DNA of 59,822 bases from an uncultured Chitinophagaceae bacterium (lineage in GTDB: Bacteria; Bacteroidota; Ignavibacteria; UBA10030; UBA8401). Made by a program: the position numbers and the translations under genes. Numbering within the stretch: the stretch's first letter is position 1; each line of letters begins with the position of its first letter. Under the pieces are notes generated by a model. The model had not been told where the DNA came from, did not search any database, and saw only the letters and a list, made by a program, of their open reading frames with translations. The DNA lies in the NCBI GenBank assembly GCA_964367235.1, contig CAYIXI010000005.1, positions 507 through 60,328 of the forward strand, read 5' to 3'. Positions 30,361 through 39,460 of the stretch are shown here, in pieces.

Positions 30361-31397
30361 GTAATTCTCTCACAAACCGATATAAAAAAGTTTTCTTCGT
30401 AACTTTATTTGTTGCGTTGCCAATTATTTTTCTTTCTTTATTTGGAGAGATTTTTTATTTGGTGGTATTTTCGGTTGCGCTTACAATGATTTTAAAACCT
30501 TTAATTGATTTTTTAGAAGACAAAGGGTTGCCAAGAGTTTTGGCAATCTTAATCCTCTATCTTTTACTTGGCAGTATAACTACAATCGGATTAATAATAA
30601 TTTATCCGATAATAATTTTTCAAATTTCGCAGTTGAGTACTTCTTTTGATATGGAGCATTTAAATAAATTGATGATACAATTTTCAAATTCAATTTCAGA
30701 GTTCACTCCTTTTTTAAGTTCCGAAGAAATATCAAATAAAATTTTAAGCGCAATCCCAGCGTTGTTACAAAAAATATCTTCGCTTACCACAAGTATGTTA
30801 AGTGTTTTGGCGTCGCTCATTATAATACCATTTATTACTTTTTTTCTTTTAAACGATTATTATAATTTTCAAAAAAAAATAATCGAATCAGTTCCAAATA
30901 AATATTTCGAAGTAACTTTAAATATAGTTTCAAAATTAGAAGACCAATTAAGCAAATATATTCGTGGCGTTGCAATCGAATCGTTTATTGTTGGGTTGCT
31001 TTACACATTTGCATATTGGTTTTTGGGAATTGAATACGCACTGGTTTTAGGAATTCTTGGCGGAGTTGTAAATATCATTCCTTTTGCGGGACCATTTATT
31101 GCGGCAGTTCCCGTAATTTTATTAAGTCTCCTTCAACTTGGCGACACAAGATTAATATTGCCAATTATAGTTGTAAGTTTTATCGTCCAACAACTTGATG
31201 AAATTTTTATTCAACCGAATGTTTACGGTAAAATTTTAAACATCCATCCTCTCACAATTATTTTAGTAATTTTGATTGCAAACGAACTTCTCGGTGTTGG
31301 CGGAATGATTGTTGCAATTCCGATTTACACAATAATTTCTGTTACTGCAAAAGAAACAAATTGGGGTTTATCTAATTTTAAAATTACACAAGATTAA
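30357..31397 (+). CDS. AI-2E family transporter
   Basis: YIRG, NIIPFAGPFI, QPNVYG, HPLTII, GMIVAIP. Confidence 0.9.
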   Translation: MSNSLTNRYKKVFFVTLFVALPIIFLSLFGEIFYLVVFSVALTMILKPLIDFLEDKGLPRVLAILILYLLLGSITTIGLIIIYPIIIFQISQLSTSFDMEHLNKLMIQFSNSISEFTPFLSSEEISNKILSAIPALLQKISSLTTSMLSVLASLIIIPFITFFLLNDYYNFQKKIIESVPNKYFEVTLNIVSKLEDQLSKYIRGVAIESFIVGLLYTFAYWFLGIEYALVLGILGGVVNIIPFAGPFIAAVPVILLSLLQLGDTRLILPIIVVSFIVQQLDEIFIQPNVYGKILNIHPLTIILVILIANELLGVGGMIVAIPIYTIISVTAKETNWGLSNFKITQD

Positions 31398-32089
31398 TGT
31401 CACGAATTGTTTTTGATATTGAAACACTCGGTTATAAATTAGAAACTTTCGATCAAGAGCAACAAGATTATCTTTTAAAATTTGCAGAAGGATATGAAGG
31501 CATCGAAGAAGCAAAACAAAAATTGAGTCTTTACGCATTAACCGCACAAGTTATTTCAATCGCAATTGTAAATCCCGATACTGGACAGGGAAAAGTTTTA
31601 TTTCAATCCGATACAAAAGAAGAATATTATAGTGATGACAATAAATTTAAATTTGAAAGTGGAGACGAAAAGTTTATTCTTTCTGAATTTTGGAATATTT
31701 TAAAAAGTTACGATCAATTTATTACTTTCAATGGAAGAGGATTTGATGCTCCATTTTTAATTCTTCGCTCTGCAATTTTATCAATTCCAACAACAAAAAA
31801 TTTAATGCCGTATCGCTACGATCATAAAACTCATTGCGACTTGTTGGAACAATTAACTTTTTTCGGTGCAACGAGAAAATTTAATTTAGATTTTTTCTGC
31901 AAGGCATTCGGAATTGAAAGTCCAAAATCTCACGGAGTTACTGGACTTGATATGCGCCAACTTTTCGAAGAGAAAAGATTTCGCGAAATTGCAAGTTATT
32001 GTTTGGGAGATACTTTAGCAACTGCATCGCTTTTTAAATCTTTTGAGGAAAATATTTTAGGCTTTCAAACCACATCTCATCAAAAATAA
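31397..32089 (+). CDS. PolB-like DEDD 3'-5' exonuclease
   Basis: Exo I FDIET, Exo II FNGRGFD, Exo III YCLGD. Confidence 0.85.
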   Translation: MSRIVFDIETLGYKLETFDQEQQDYLLKFAEGYEGIEEAKQKLSLYALTAQVISIAIVNPDTGQGKVLFQSDTKEEYYSDDNKFKFESGDEKFILSEFWNILKSYDQFITFNGRGFDAPFLILRSAILSIPTTKNLMPYRYDHKTHCDLLEQLTFFGATRKFNLDFFCKAFGIESPKSHGVTGLDMRQLFEEKRFREIASYCLGDTLATASLFKSFEENILGFQTTSHQK

Positions 32090-32114
32090 ATAATAATAGA
32101 ATCAATCTGTTTCG

Positions 32115-32145
32115 TTGACTAAAAAGAGTTTTTTTATTATATTTG
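32115..32145 (+). promoter_or_regulatory. Promoter of the prs-rplY operon
   Basis: TTGACT at 32115 and TATATTTG (TAnnTTTG) at 32138-32145. Confidence 0.55.
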
Positions 32146-32164
32146 TGTTCAAAATTATTTTGTA

Positions 32165-33103
32165 ATGCCAAAAATTAAAGTTTTCTCAGGTCGTTCAAAT
32201 CCAGATTTAGCGAAAAAAATTGCAAAAGCGCTAAATTTACAGCTCGGTGAAATTACAATAAAAAATTTCAGCGATGGCGAAATTTATATTAAATTCAACG
32301 AAAATATTCGTGGCAGTGATGTTTACATCGTGCAAAGTACGCCACCAAATGCTGATAATTTGCTTGAACTTTTAATTGCGATTGATGCGGCAAAAAGAGC
32401 ATCAGCAAGAAAAGTTACTGCTGTGATACCTTATTTTGGTTATGCAAGGCAAGATAGAAAAGATGAACCGAGAGTTGCAATAACATCAAAACTTGTTGCA
32501 AATTTAATTACAGTTGCTGGCACTGATAGAATTATTACGATGGATTTGCACGCTCCACAGATTCAAGGATTTTTTGATATTCCACTTGATCATTTATATT
32601 CTTCAATAATTTTAGTTGATCATTTTAGAAAAAAGAAAATTAAAAATCTTTCGGTTGTGTCGCCCGATGTTGGTGGAATAAAAATGGCGCGCGCTTATGC
32701 AAAAAGACTTAACGCAGAATTAATTGTAATTGATAAAAGAAGACCGAAAGCAAATGAAGTTGAAATTTTAAATATTATTGGCGATGTAAAAGATAAAAAT
32801 GTTTTAATTGTTGATGACTTAATTGATACAGCTGGAACTTTTACAAACGCGATTGAAGCTTTAAAAAAACAGGGTGCAAAAGATGTTTACGGTGCTTGCA
32901 CTCATGCGGTTTTAAGTGGCTCAGCAGTTTCGAGAATTGAAAAAAGTCAAATTAAAGAACTTGTAATTACTGATTCAATTGCAAAAAAATTAGATTCAAA
33001 AAAAATAACAATACTTACGGCAGCTGATATTTTTGCCGAAGCCATACAAAGATCTTTCGACCATAAATCAATTAGTTCGCTTTTTGATGTCGATAAAGAT
33101 TAA
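32165..33103 (+). CDS. prs: Ribose-phosphate pyrophosphokinase
   Basis: FSDGE, YARQDRK, DLHAPQIQGFF, VDDLIDTAGT. Confidence 0.98.
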   Translation: MPKIKVFSGRSNPDLAKKIAKALNLQLGEITIKNFSDGEIYIKFNENIRGSDVYIVQSTPPNADNLLELLIAIDAAKRASARKVTAVIPYFGYARQDRKDEPRVAITSKLVANLITVAGTDRIITMDLHAPQIQGFFDIPLDHLYSSIILVDHFRKKKIKNLSVVSPDVGGIKMARAYAKRLNAELIVIDKRRPKANEVEILNIIGDVKDKNVLIVDDLIDTAGTFTNAIEALKKQGAKDVYGACTHAVLSGSAVSRIEKSQIKELVITDSIAKKLDSKKITILTAADIFAEAIQRSFDHKSISSLFDVDKD

Positions 33104-33124
33104 AATTGATAAGAAGGAGTTAAA

Positions 33125-33784
33125 ATGTCTGAAATAATATTAAATGCAGTTATTCGTAATCCAGAAAAAAAAGCATCACGCAAACTTAGAATAGAAGGAA
33201 AAGTTCCGGGAGTTTTTTATTTTCATGGTGAAAATAATTTAAACATTTCTGCTACAGAACTTGGTTTAAAACCACTAATTTATAGTTCCGAAACGCACAT
33301 CGTAAATCTCGTTTTGGAAAATGGCGAAACAAAAAAATGTATTCTAAAAGATTTTCAATTAAATCCTATTACCGATAAAGTGATGCATTTTGATTTAGTC
33401 GGAATTAGTGATAACGAAATAATTGATATTGAAGTTCCTATTGTCCTAATTGGAACTCCAAAAGGAATTAAAGATGGTGGAACTTTGCAACACACTTTGC
33501 ATAAATTAAAAGTTTCGTGCTTGCCAAAATTTATTCCAGAACATATCGAAATAAATATTGCTGAACTTGGAATTAATACTTCAGTCCATGTTAGCGATTT
33601 AAAAATCGAAAATGTTACAATTTTAGAATTATCTACAAAAGTTATTGTAGCAGTTGTACCTCCAACTGTTCTAAAAGAATTAACTCCTGCTGAAGCCGAA
33701 GCCGCTGCTGCTGCCGCAACTGCCGAACCAGAACTAATTGCAAAAGGTAAGAAACCAGAAGAAGAAGAAGAAATAAAAAAATAA
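33125..33784 (+). CDS. rplY: 50S ribosomal protein L25/Ctc
   Basis: LRIEGKVPGVFY, HFDL, GIKDGG, Ala/Glu-rich tail; AAGGAG SD. Confidence 0.95.
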   Translation: MSEIILNAVIRNPEKKASRKLRIEGKVPGVFYFHGENNLNISATELGLKPLIYSSETHIVNLVLENGETKKCILKDFQLNPITDKVMHFDLVGISDNEIIDIEVPIVLIGTPKGIKDGGTLQHTLHKLKVSCLPKFIPEHIEINIAELGINTSVHVSDLKIENVTILELSTKVIVAVVPPTVLKELTPAEAEAAAAAATAEPELIAKGKKPEEEEEIKK

Positions 33785-33791
33785 TTCACAT

Positions 33792-33847
33792 CATCCTGCT
33801 CTGAAAAATTTTCAGGGCCAATTTCTAAGTCCAAAGGAGAAAAAATG
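33792..33847 (+). promoter_or_regulatory. S6:S18-binding ribosomal protein mRNA leader (rpsF leader)
   Basis: TCCT (33794) can pair with SD AGGA (33835); inner stem GCTCTGAAA/TTTCAGGGC followed by a CC motif; matches the known rpsF leader architecture. Confidence 0.7.
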
Positions 33848-34222
33848 ATACAACGAACAAACACATACGAAACTCTCTTCATCGTTAATCCTGTGTTAGA
33901 AGATTCGCAAATTGACGCTATCGTCACAAGAACCAAAGAGTTAATCGAGAAACATGGTGGAGTAATAAAATCACTCGAACCATGGGGCCGTAAAAGAATG
34001 GCTTACATTATTAACAAAAAAAATAATGGCTATTATGCATTGATTGAATTCGATGCTCCCGCAGAATCAATTACTTCGCTTGAAAGATTTTATAATCTTG
34101 AAGAAGAAGTGATGAGACACATTATTGTTAAACTTGATAAAAAAACTCTACTTGCAAAATCTTTAAAAAAAGAACAAGCGATTCGATTAAGTGAAGCAAA
34201 TAAAGAACAAGGAATACAATAA
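33845..34222 (+). CDS. rpsF: 30S ribosomal protein S6
   Basis: [21 protein letters not shown]. Confidence 0.97.
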   Translation: MIQRTNTYETLFIVNPVLEDSQIDAIVTRTKELIEKHGGVIKSLEPWGRKRMAYIINKKNNGYYALIEFDAPAESITSLERFYNLEEEVMRHIIVKLDKKTLLAKSLKKEQAIRLSEANKEQGIQ

Positions 34223-34536
34223 TGAAAAAGACACCAGACAATAAAAATAATAATAATGGCAGACGAACAGATAATCGTTTCGATAAAAGAAATAGAGATG
34301 GAAATAAATTACAGCAAATAGTCAAAAAAAGAACTTGCAGATTTTGCGAGTACAAAATTGAATACATCGATTTCAAAGATGAAAAAAGATTACTAAAATT
34401 AATTAACGAACAAGGAAAAATTCTTCCAAGACGAATTACTGGTACTTGCGCAAAACACCAACGCATACTTGTTTCATCAATCAAACGCGCTCGACACATG
34501 GCAATTCTTCCATTCGTCTCTGAAGCATTAAAATAA
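34222..34536 (+). CDS. rpsR: 30S ribosomal protein S18 (Zn-binding type, N-terminal extension)
   Basis: [28 protein letters not shown]. Confidence 0.97.
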   Translation: MKKTPDNKNNNNGRRTDNRFDKRNRDGNKLQQIVKKRTCRFCEYKIEYIDFKDEKRLLKLINEQGKILPRRITGTCAKHQRILVSSIKRARHMAILPFVSEALK

Positions 34537-34548
34537 GGAAAATAAAAA

Positions 34549-34992
34549 ATGAAAATTATTTTAAGAAAAGATTATGCTAAACTCGGAAAAGTCGGTGAAA
34601 TTGTTGAAGTCAAAGATGGCTTTGCGAGAAATTATTTGATTCCAAATAAATATGCTTACACTGCTACTCCATCAACAATTAAAATTATTGCTGAGGAAAA
34701 GAAACAACAGAACCGCGCTGAAAATAAATTAATTACGGAATCTGAAAAAATGAAAATTATTTTAGATAAAATTTCAGTAACGATTCCAGTTAAAGTTGGC
34801 GAAGATGATAAATTATTTGGTTCAGTTACTTCTCAAATGATTGCAGAGGCTGTAAATTTGCAAGGTGTAAAAATTGATAAAAGAACTGTGCAACTTGAAG
34901 AACAATTACGAACGCTTGGCGTTTTCGAAGTGCCAATAAAATTGCACACACAAGTTACTGCAACAATCAAAGTTTGGGTTGTGAAAGAATAA
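34549..34992 (+). CDS. rplI: 50S ribosomal protein L9
   Basis: VKDGFARNYLIP, KLFGSVT. Confidence 0.98.
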   Translation: MKIILRKDYAKLGKVGEIVEVKDGFARNYLIPNKYAYTATPSTIKIIAEEKKQQNRAENKLITESEKMKIILDKISVTIPVKVGEDDKLFGSVTSQMIAEAVNLQGVKIDKRTVQLEEQLRTLGVFEVPIKLHTQVTATIKVWVVKE

Positions 34993-35014
34993 TTGCAATT
35001 AACCAATTACTAAT

Positions 35015-35043
35015 AAAAAGCCCCGTTTTAAACGGGGTTTTTT
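35015..35043. terminator. Bidirectional Rho-independent terminator
   Basis: AAAAAG-CCCCGTT-tta-AACGGGG-TTTTTT between convergent genes. Confidence 0.85.
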
Positions 35044-35093
35044 ATTTTATTTATTGATTAACCGTAATTCAAAATGAAATATTCAATTTCCGT

Positions 35094-35155
35094 GTCATGC
35101 TGAGTGAGCGCCTTTGGCGCCATCACGCATTTGGGCGTGACTTGTCGAAGCATGA
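35094..35155. repeat. REP-like palindrome (GTCATGCTGAG...CTTGTCGAAGCATGA) with a 36-bp two-hairpin insertion
   Basis: Ends match the uninterrupted copy at 39790-39816 (reverse complement); insert at 35105-35140. Confidence 0.7.
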
Positions 35156-35179
35156 GAGAAAACTATGTACATGTTTAAC

Positions 35180-36598
35180 TTATTTAATTTTGTTCCCATC
35201 CGAGTCTGCAACAATAATATTTCCAAAATTTAATTTTGCGATGCTCTCTTTAATGAGTGGCAAATCTCCAACAATTACAATTGCAGATTTATTCGGAGAT
35301 AAATACTTTTTACCAACTCTTAAAATCTCTTCCATTGAAATTGCAGAATATTTCTCAACTAAAGTATTGTAATAATCATCTGGTAAATTATTTACAACTA
35401 AGTTTGATATTTGACTTGCAATCTGTGATGGTGTTTCAAAACCTTGTGGCAAACTTCGAATAATAGAATTTTTTGCAAGTTGCAATTCTTTCTCTGTTAC
35501 ATTCTCACTGATGATTAAATTAAATTCTTTCATAATTTCAATGAGCGAACTATCTGTAACCGAAGATTTTACTGGCGCAGAAATTGTAAATGCTCCCGGA
35601 TATTTATTCATCGCAAAACCAGATCTCGCTCCGTAAGTATATCCTTTTGATTCGCGCAAGTTCATATTTATTCTTGAAGTGAATTGCCCACCTAAAATTG
35701 TATTAAGTAATGTTAGCGCAAAAAAATCTTCGTTGTTTCTTGCAACTCCAATATGTCCAACTCTAATTTCAGATTGCGCGGCTTGTGGCTTATCAATTAA
35801 AATTATTTTTGTTGATTCAATTGTCGGAGTTTGAGAAATAGTAAAAGATTTTGCGATTCCATTTTCCCATTTTCCCAAATACTTATTTACAAGTTTTTGC
35901 ACTTCTTCGATTTTAACATCACCAACTATAATTAATGTTGATTGATTTGGTAAATAATTTTCTTTGTAATAATTTTTTAAATCATCGATTGTAATTTTAT
36001 TTACTGATTCAATTGTTCCAGATGAATTTCTTCCGTAAGGATGCTCATCGCCAAATAATGTTTTAGAAAATATATTGCTTGCAACAAATGCTGGCATATC
36101 TTTTTGCTGTTGCAAAGAAGCTAATTGTTGTTTTTTAATTCTATCCCATTCTTTTTCTGGAAAAGTTGGATGTAAAATTATATCAGAAAATATTTCAAAT
36201 GTTGATTCGAGATTTTCTTTTATCGTTAAAACCGTTGCAAAGCTTGCATCATTTGAGGAATTGATATTTATATTCGAGCCCAAAAAACTTATATCATCAG
36301 CAATTTCTAAGGCTGTTCTTTTAGTGGTTCCCTCATCAAGCATATTTGCAGTTAAGTTTGCAACGCCCGAAATATTTTCCTGTAACAATCCACAATTTAA
36401 AACCATTTGCATTTGTACAACTGGTAACTCGTGATGCTCAACTAAAATAATTTGAAGTCCATTATTTAATTTTGCCTTTTGCATTACTGGCAATTTTAAT
36501 TTTGGTGTTGCTAATGTTTGCGGTTTTAAACTTCTATCTAAAACTTGAGAGTTTAAAAAATTAAATACTACAAATAATAAAATTAAAACTTTTTTCAT
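35180..36598 (-). CDS. M16 peptidase, non-catalytic subunit
   Basis: MLDEGT instead of HXXEH; SRINMNLRESKGYTYG; ATG at 36598 with GGAGA SD. Confidence 0.9.
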   Translation of the reverse strand: MKKVLILLFVVFNFLNSQVLDRSLKPQTLATPKLKLPVMQKAKLNNGLQIILVEHHELPVVQMQMVLNCGLLQENISGVANLTANMLDEGTTKRTALEIADDISFLGSNININSSNDASFATVLTIKENLESTFEIFSDIILHPTFPEKEWDRIKKQQLASLQQQKDMPAFVASNIFSKTLFGDEHPYGRNSSGTIESVNKITIDDLKNYYKENYLPNQSTLIIVGDVKIEEVQKLVNKYLGKWENGIAKSFTISQTPTIESTKIILIDKPQAAQSEIRVGHIGVARNNEDFFALTLLNTILGGQFTSRINMNLRESKGYTYGARSGFAMNKYPGAFTISAPVKSSVTDSSLIEIMKEFNLIISENVTEKELQLAKNSIIRSLPQGFETPSQIASQISNLVVNNLPDDYYNTLVEKYSAISMEEILRVGKKYLSPNKSAIVIVGDLPLIKESIAKLNFGNIIVADSDGNKIK

Positions 36599-36614
36599 TT
36601 TGTTCTCCAAATAA

Positions 36615-37943
36615 TTATTTAGCTTCAAGTTCTTTTTTACCCATTGGCACAACACTCAGCGCAACAAAAGGTTTTGTTAAATATTTCGATGCAACTTTAT
36701 TTACTTCATTGATTTTTATTTTTGTGTACTTGTTTAATTCTTCTTCAAACATATTTGGTTTTCCATAAAATGTGTTATACGCATTTATTTGGTCAGCCTT
36801 TCCACTTATAGATTGAATTTGGAAAATATTATTTGCTTTGACAGAATTTTTTGCCCTTTGCAATTCTCGTTCAGTAATTCCATCTGCAACAAGTTTATTT
36901 ATTTCGCTTAGAACAATTTCTTTCAGTTCATTTAAATTTTGGTTTGGTTTTCCCATCACCGTTACAAACAATGCGCCAGAAATTTCTCTCGAATAATTAA
37001 ACGCCGAAACACTCTGCGCAATCTGTTTTTCGTAGACTAAAGTTTTATACAACCGTGAAGTTTTTCCTCCAGCAAGTATATCTGCAATTACATCGACAAC
37101 TGCATCATCTTCACTTTTCAGCGGTGAGGTTTGAAACGAAAGCATCAATTGCGGTAACTGAACTCTATCTTCCAAAGTTGAAAATTTATTTTCAATATTT
37201 TCTGCTTGAATTTCTTTTACTACTTCAACTTCTTTCCCTTTACTAATTCCACCAAAATATTTTTCAACCCAAATTTTTGTTTGCTCTTTATCAAAATCAC
37301 CAGCGATTACTAAACTTGCATTATTTGGCGCGTAGTAAAAAGAAAAAAATTCTTTAACATCATCAAGCGAGGCCGCGCTTAAATCTTCCATATATCCAAT
37401 AACAGGCCAATTATATGGATGATTTTTCTCATACATCATCCACTGAATATTTTCAAACGAACGGCCATAAGGCTGATTGTCAACTCGCTGTCGTCTTTCA
37501 TTTTTTACAACATCGCGCTGATTGTCGAGTTTCGCTTGCGTCATCGCCGGAAGTAAAAATCCCATTCTATCGGATTCAAGCCACAAAGCCATTTCTAAAA
37601 ACTGCGATGGAACAGTTTCAAAATAATTTGTTCGGTCATTTGTTGTTGAACCATTTAAGTTTCCACCAGCGTCTTGCACCATTTCAAAATGTTTGTCATC
37701 TCCAATATTTTGAGATCCTTGAAACATCATGTGTTCGAATAAATGTGCGAAACCAGTTCGCTTTATTTTTTCTCGCGCTGAGCCAACATGATACCAAACA
37801 TTTACCGCCACAAGCGGAACGGATTTATCTTCGTGCAAAATTACTTGCAAACCATTTTTTAAAACATACTTTTCAATTTTTAATTTTGTTTGAGCAACTA
37901 AAAATTGTGATGCAATTAAAAATAAAACGACAACTTTTTTCAT
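36615..37943 (-). CDS. M16 zinc peptidase, catalytic subunit
   Basis: GFAHLFEHMMF (HXXEH), LESDRM, YYAPNNA. Confidence 0.93.
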   Translation of the reverse strand: MKKVVVLFLIASQFLVAQTKLKIEKYVLKNGLQVILHEDKSVPLVAVNVWYHVGSAREKIKRTGFAHLFEHMMFQGSQNIGDDKHFEMVQDAGGNLNGSTTNDRTNYFETVPSQFLEMALWLESDRMGFLLPAMTQAKLDNQRDVVKNERRQRVDNQPYGRSFENIQWMMYEKNHPYNWPVIGYMEDLSAASLDDVKEFFSFYYAPNNASLVIAGDFDKEQTKIWVEKYFGGISKGKEVEVVKEIQAENIENKFSTLEDRVQLPQLMLSFQTSPLKSEDDAVVDVIADILAGGKTSRLYKTLVYEKQIAQSVSAFNYSREISGALFVTVMGKPNQNLNELKEIVLSEINKLVADGITERELQRAKNSVKANNIFQIQSISGKADQINAYNTFYGKPNMFEEELNKYTKIKINEVNKVASKYLTKPFVALSVVPMGKKELEAK

Positions 37944-37959
37944 AAAAATCCTTTCTGTG

Positions 37960-39153
37960 TTATACTTTTATTTTGACTATTTCAGTTTGAATTGGTTCCC
38001 CCGGAATAAAAACTTTTTTTTCTTTTGTAATAAAAACATCTATTTCAAGTCTGATTCCAAATTCGTCGGGCAAATAAATTCCCGGTTCAATCGAAAAACA
38101 AGTCCGAGGAATTATTTCCCTTTGATCATTCGTTTCGTAATTATCCATATTTGCGCCGTTGCCATGAATTTCTTCTCCAATGCTGTGGCCAGTTCGGTGA
38201 ACAAAATATTTTCCATATCCAAAACTATTAATATAATTTCTTGCGGCATCATCAACATCGCAACCACGAGCAGAATTCCCTTTTTCAAATTTATCAATAA
38301 TAAATTTTACAGCAGAGTCTCTCGCTCCTTTTACAATATCAAAAACTTCCTGATATTTTTTCGGGATTTCATCACCAACAAAAGCAACCCAAGTTATATC
38401 GGCATAAACACTTTTTGGTTTATTTTTTTTCGCCCACAAATCAATTAAAACATAATCGCCTTTTTTTATTTCAGAATGTTTTTCTTTTGTCGGCTCGTAA
38501 TGCGGATTTGCTCCGTTTCCATTTACGCAACAATGCGGTTCGGCGTAAGTTATGTAATCAAACTTTTTAAAATTTTCCATCATCCGTTGCTGAACATCAT
38601 ATTCAGTAACACGATTTCCTTTTTTAATTTCATCGCCGATAAAATTAAATGCGATGTCAACGGTTTCTCGCAACATTTTTGCAGTTTCAAATTGATCGCT
38701 TGATTGCTCATTGTCCCATCTTGCTTCGATTAATTGAACTAAATCTGCAGAGGATTCAATTTTTATTCCGAGAGATTTTATAAGTTCGATTGTTCCTGCA
38801 TCAACTTTTGAAACATACGGGATTGCATTCATCGGCGAATATTCCATTGCAATTGATTTTACATTTTTTAGCAATTCTTTTAATCCATCGACTAATGAAC
38901 TCCAACTTGAAAAAACTATTTTTTCGCCGGGGAGATGATCTAAATTCCATTGTTCGATTGAGTGAACAAGTTTTTTTGGTTCTCCATTTTTTGGGATGAA
39001 ATAAAAATATCTTCTTGTTTTGGAAAAACTATCTGGGATTTCAACAACTTTGCTAGCAAATATATTTGTTTCTCTGAAATTATAAAGCAACCAGCCTTCA
39101 TAATTAAAATTAGATATTTCTTTTTGTATTGAATATATTTTCTCTGAAATCAT
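37960..39153 (-). CDS. M24 family Xaa-Pro aminopeptidase
   Basis: PHY, DLWAK, DITW, HRTGHSIG, SIEPGIY, GIRLE. Confidence 0.9.
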   Translation of the reverse strand: MISEKIYSIQKEISNFNYEGWLLYNFRETNIFASKVVEIPDSFSKTRRYFYFIPKNGEPKKLVHSIEQWNLDHLPGEKIVFSSWSSLVDGLKELLKNVKSIAMEYSPMNAIPYVSKVDAGTIELIKSLGIKIESSADLVQLIEARWDNEQSSDQFETAKMLRETVDIAFNFIGDEIKKGNRVTEYDVQQRMMENFKKFDYITYAEPHCCVNGNGANPHYEPTKEKHSEIKKGDYVLIDLWAKKNKPKSVYADITWVAFVGDEIPKKYQEVFDIVKGARDSAVKFIIDKFEKGNSARGCDVDDAARNYINSFGYGKYFVHRTGHSIGEEIHGNGANMDNYETNDQREIIPRTCFSIEPGIYLPDEFGIRLEIDVFITKEKKVFIPGEPIQTEIVKIKV

Positions 39154-39229
39154 ACAATCCTTTTTTATTTTAAAGATAAAAAAAATTCATTTCGAATGCG
39201 AGGGGTTTTTGTGAGTAGAAATAAAAATT

Positions 39230-39311
39230 CTTTGTGCTTCTTTATGCATTAGAGACTTAGTGGTAAAAATAATTAGCCACCAAGACACGAAGGCACTAAG
39301 TTGACACAAAG
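39230..39311. repeat. Imperfect inverted repeat built from ~8-bp units (CACCAAGA/CACGAAGG/CACTAAG)
   Basis: CTTTGTG...CTTAGTGGT / GCCACCAAGACACGAAGGCACTAAG...CACAAAG. Confidence 0.55.
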
Positions 39312-39335
39312 AAAATAATATTTATAAATCAATTT

Positions 39336-39365
39336 GTCATTCCCGCAGTATTTTAGCGGGAATCT
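39336..39365. repeat. REP-like palindrome GTCATTCCCGC-N9-GCGGGAATC
   Basis: ATTCCCGC/GCGGGAAT perfect stem. Confidence 0.65.
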
Positions 39366-39387
39366 AATTTGTACCTACCAAGAATTA

Positions 39388-39420
39388 CAATTATCAATTA
39401 TCAGTTAGCAATTAACAATT
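39388..39420 (+). repeat. Heptamer tandem repeat (CARTTAN)
   Basis: caattat caattat cagttag caattaa caatt; related tracts near 39841-39867, 54916-54937, 57371-57410 and 57455-57480. Confidence 0.75.
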
Positions 39421-39445
39421 GTCCCGAAGGGATGCCTTTGGCATT
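39419..39445. repeat. 27-bp double-hairpin element, copy 1
   Basis: TTGTCCCGAAGGGATGCCTTTGGCATT; one mismatch to each of the copies at 55244 and 57409. Confidence 0.85.
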
Positions 39446-39460
39446 AATTTTTCATTGTTA

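Noticed and set aside
33355-33936. 193-aa antisense ORF (also 39917-40444, 41142-41681, 37415-37945 and similar)
   Set aside because: Antisense shadows of conserved genes; no motifs or independent start signals
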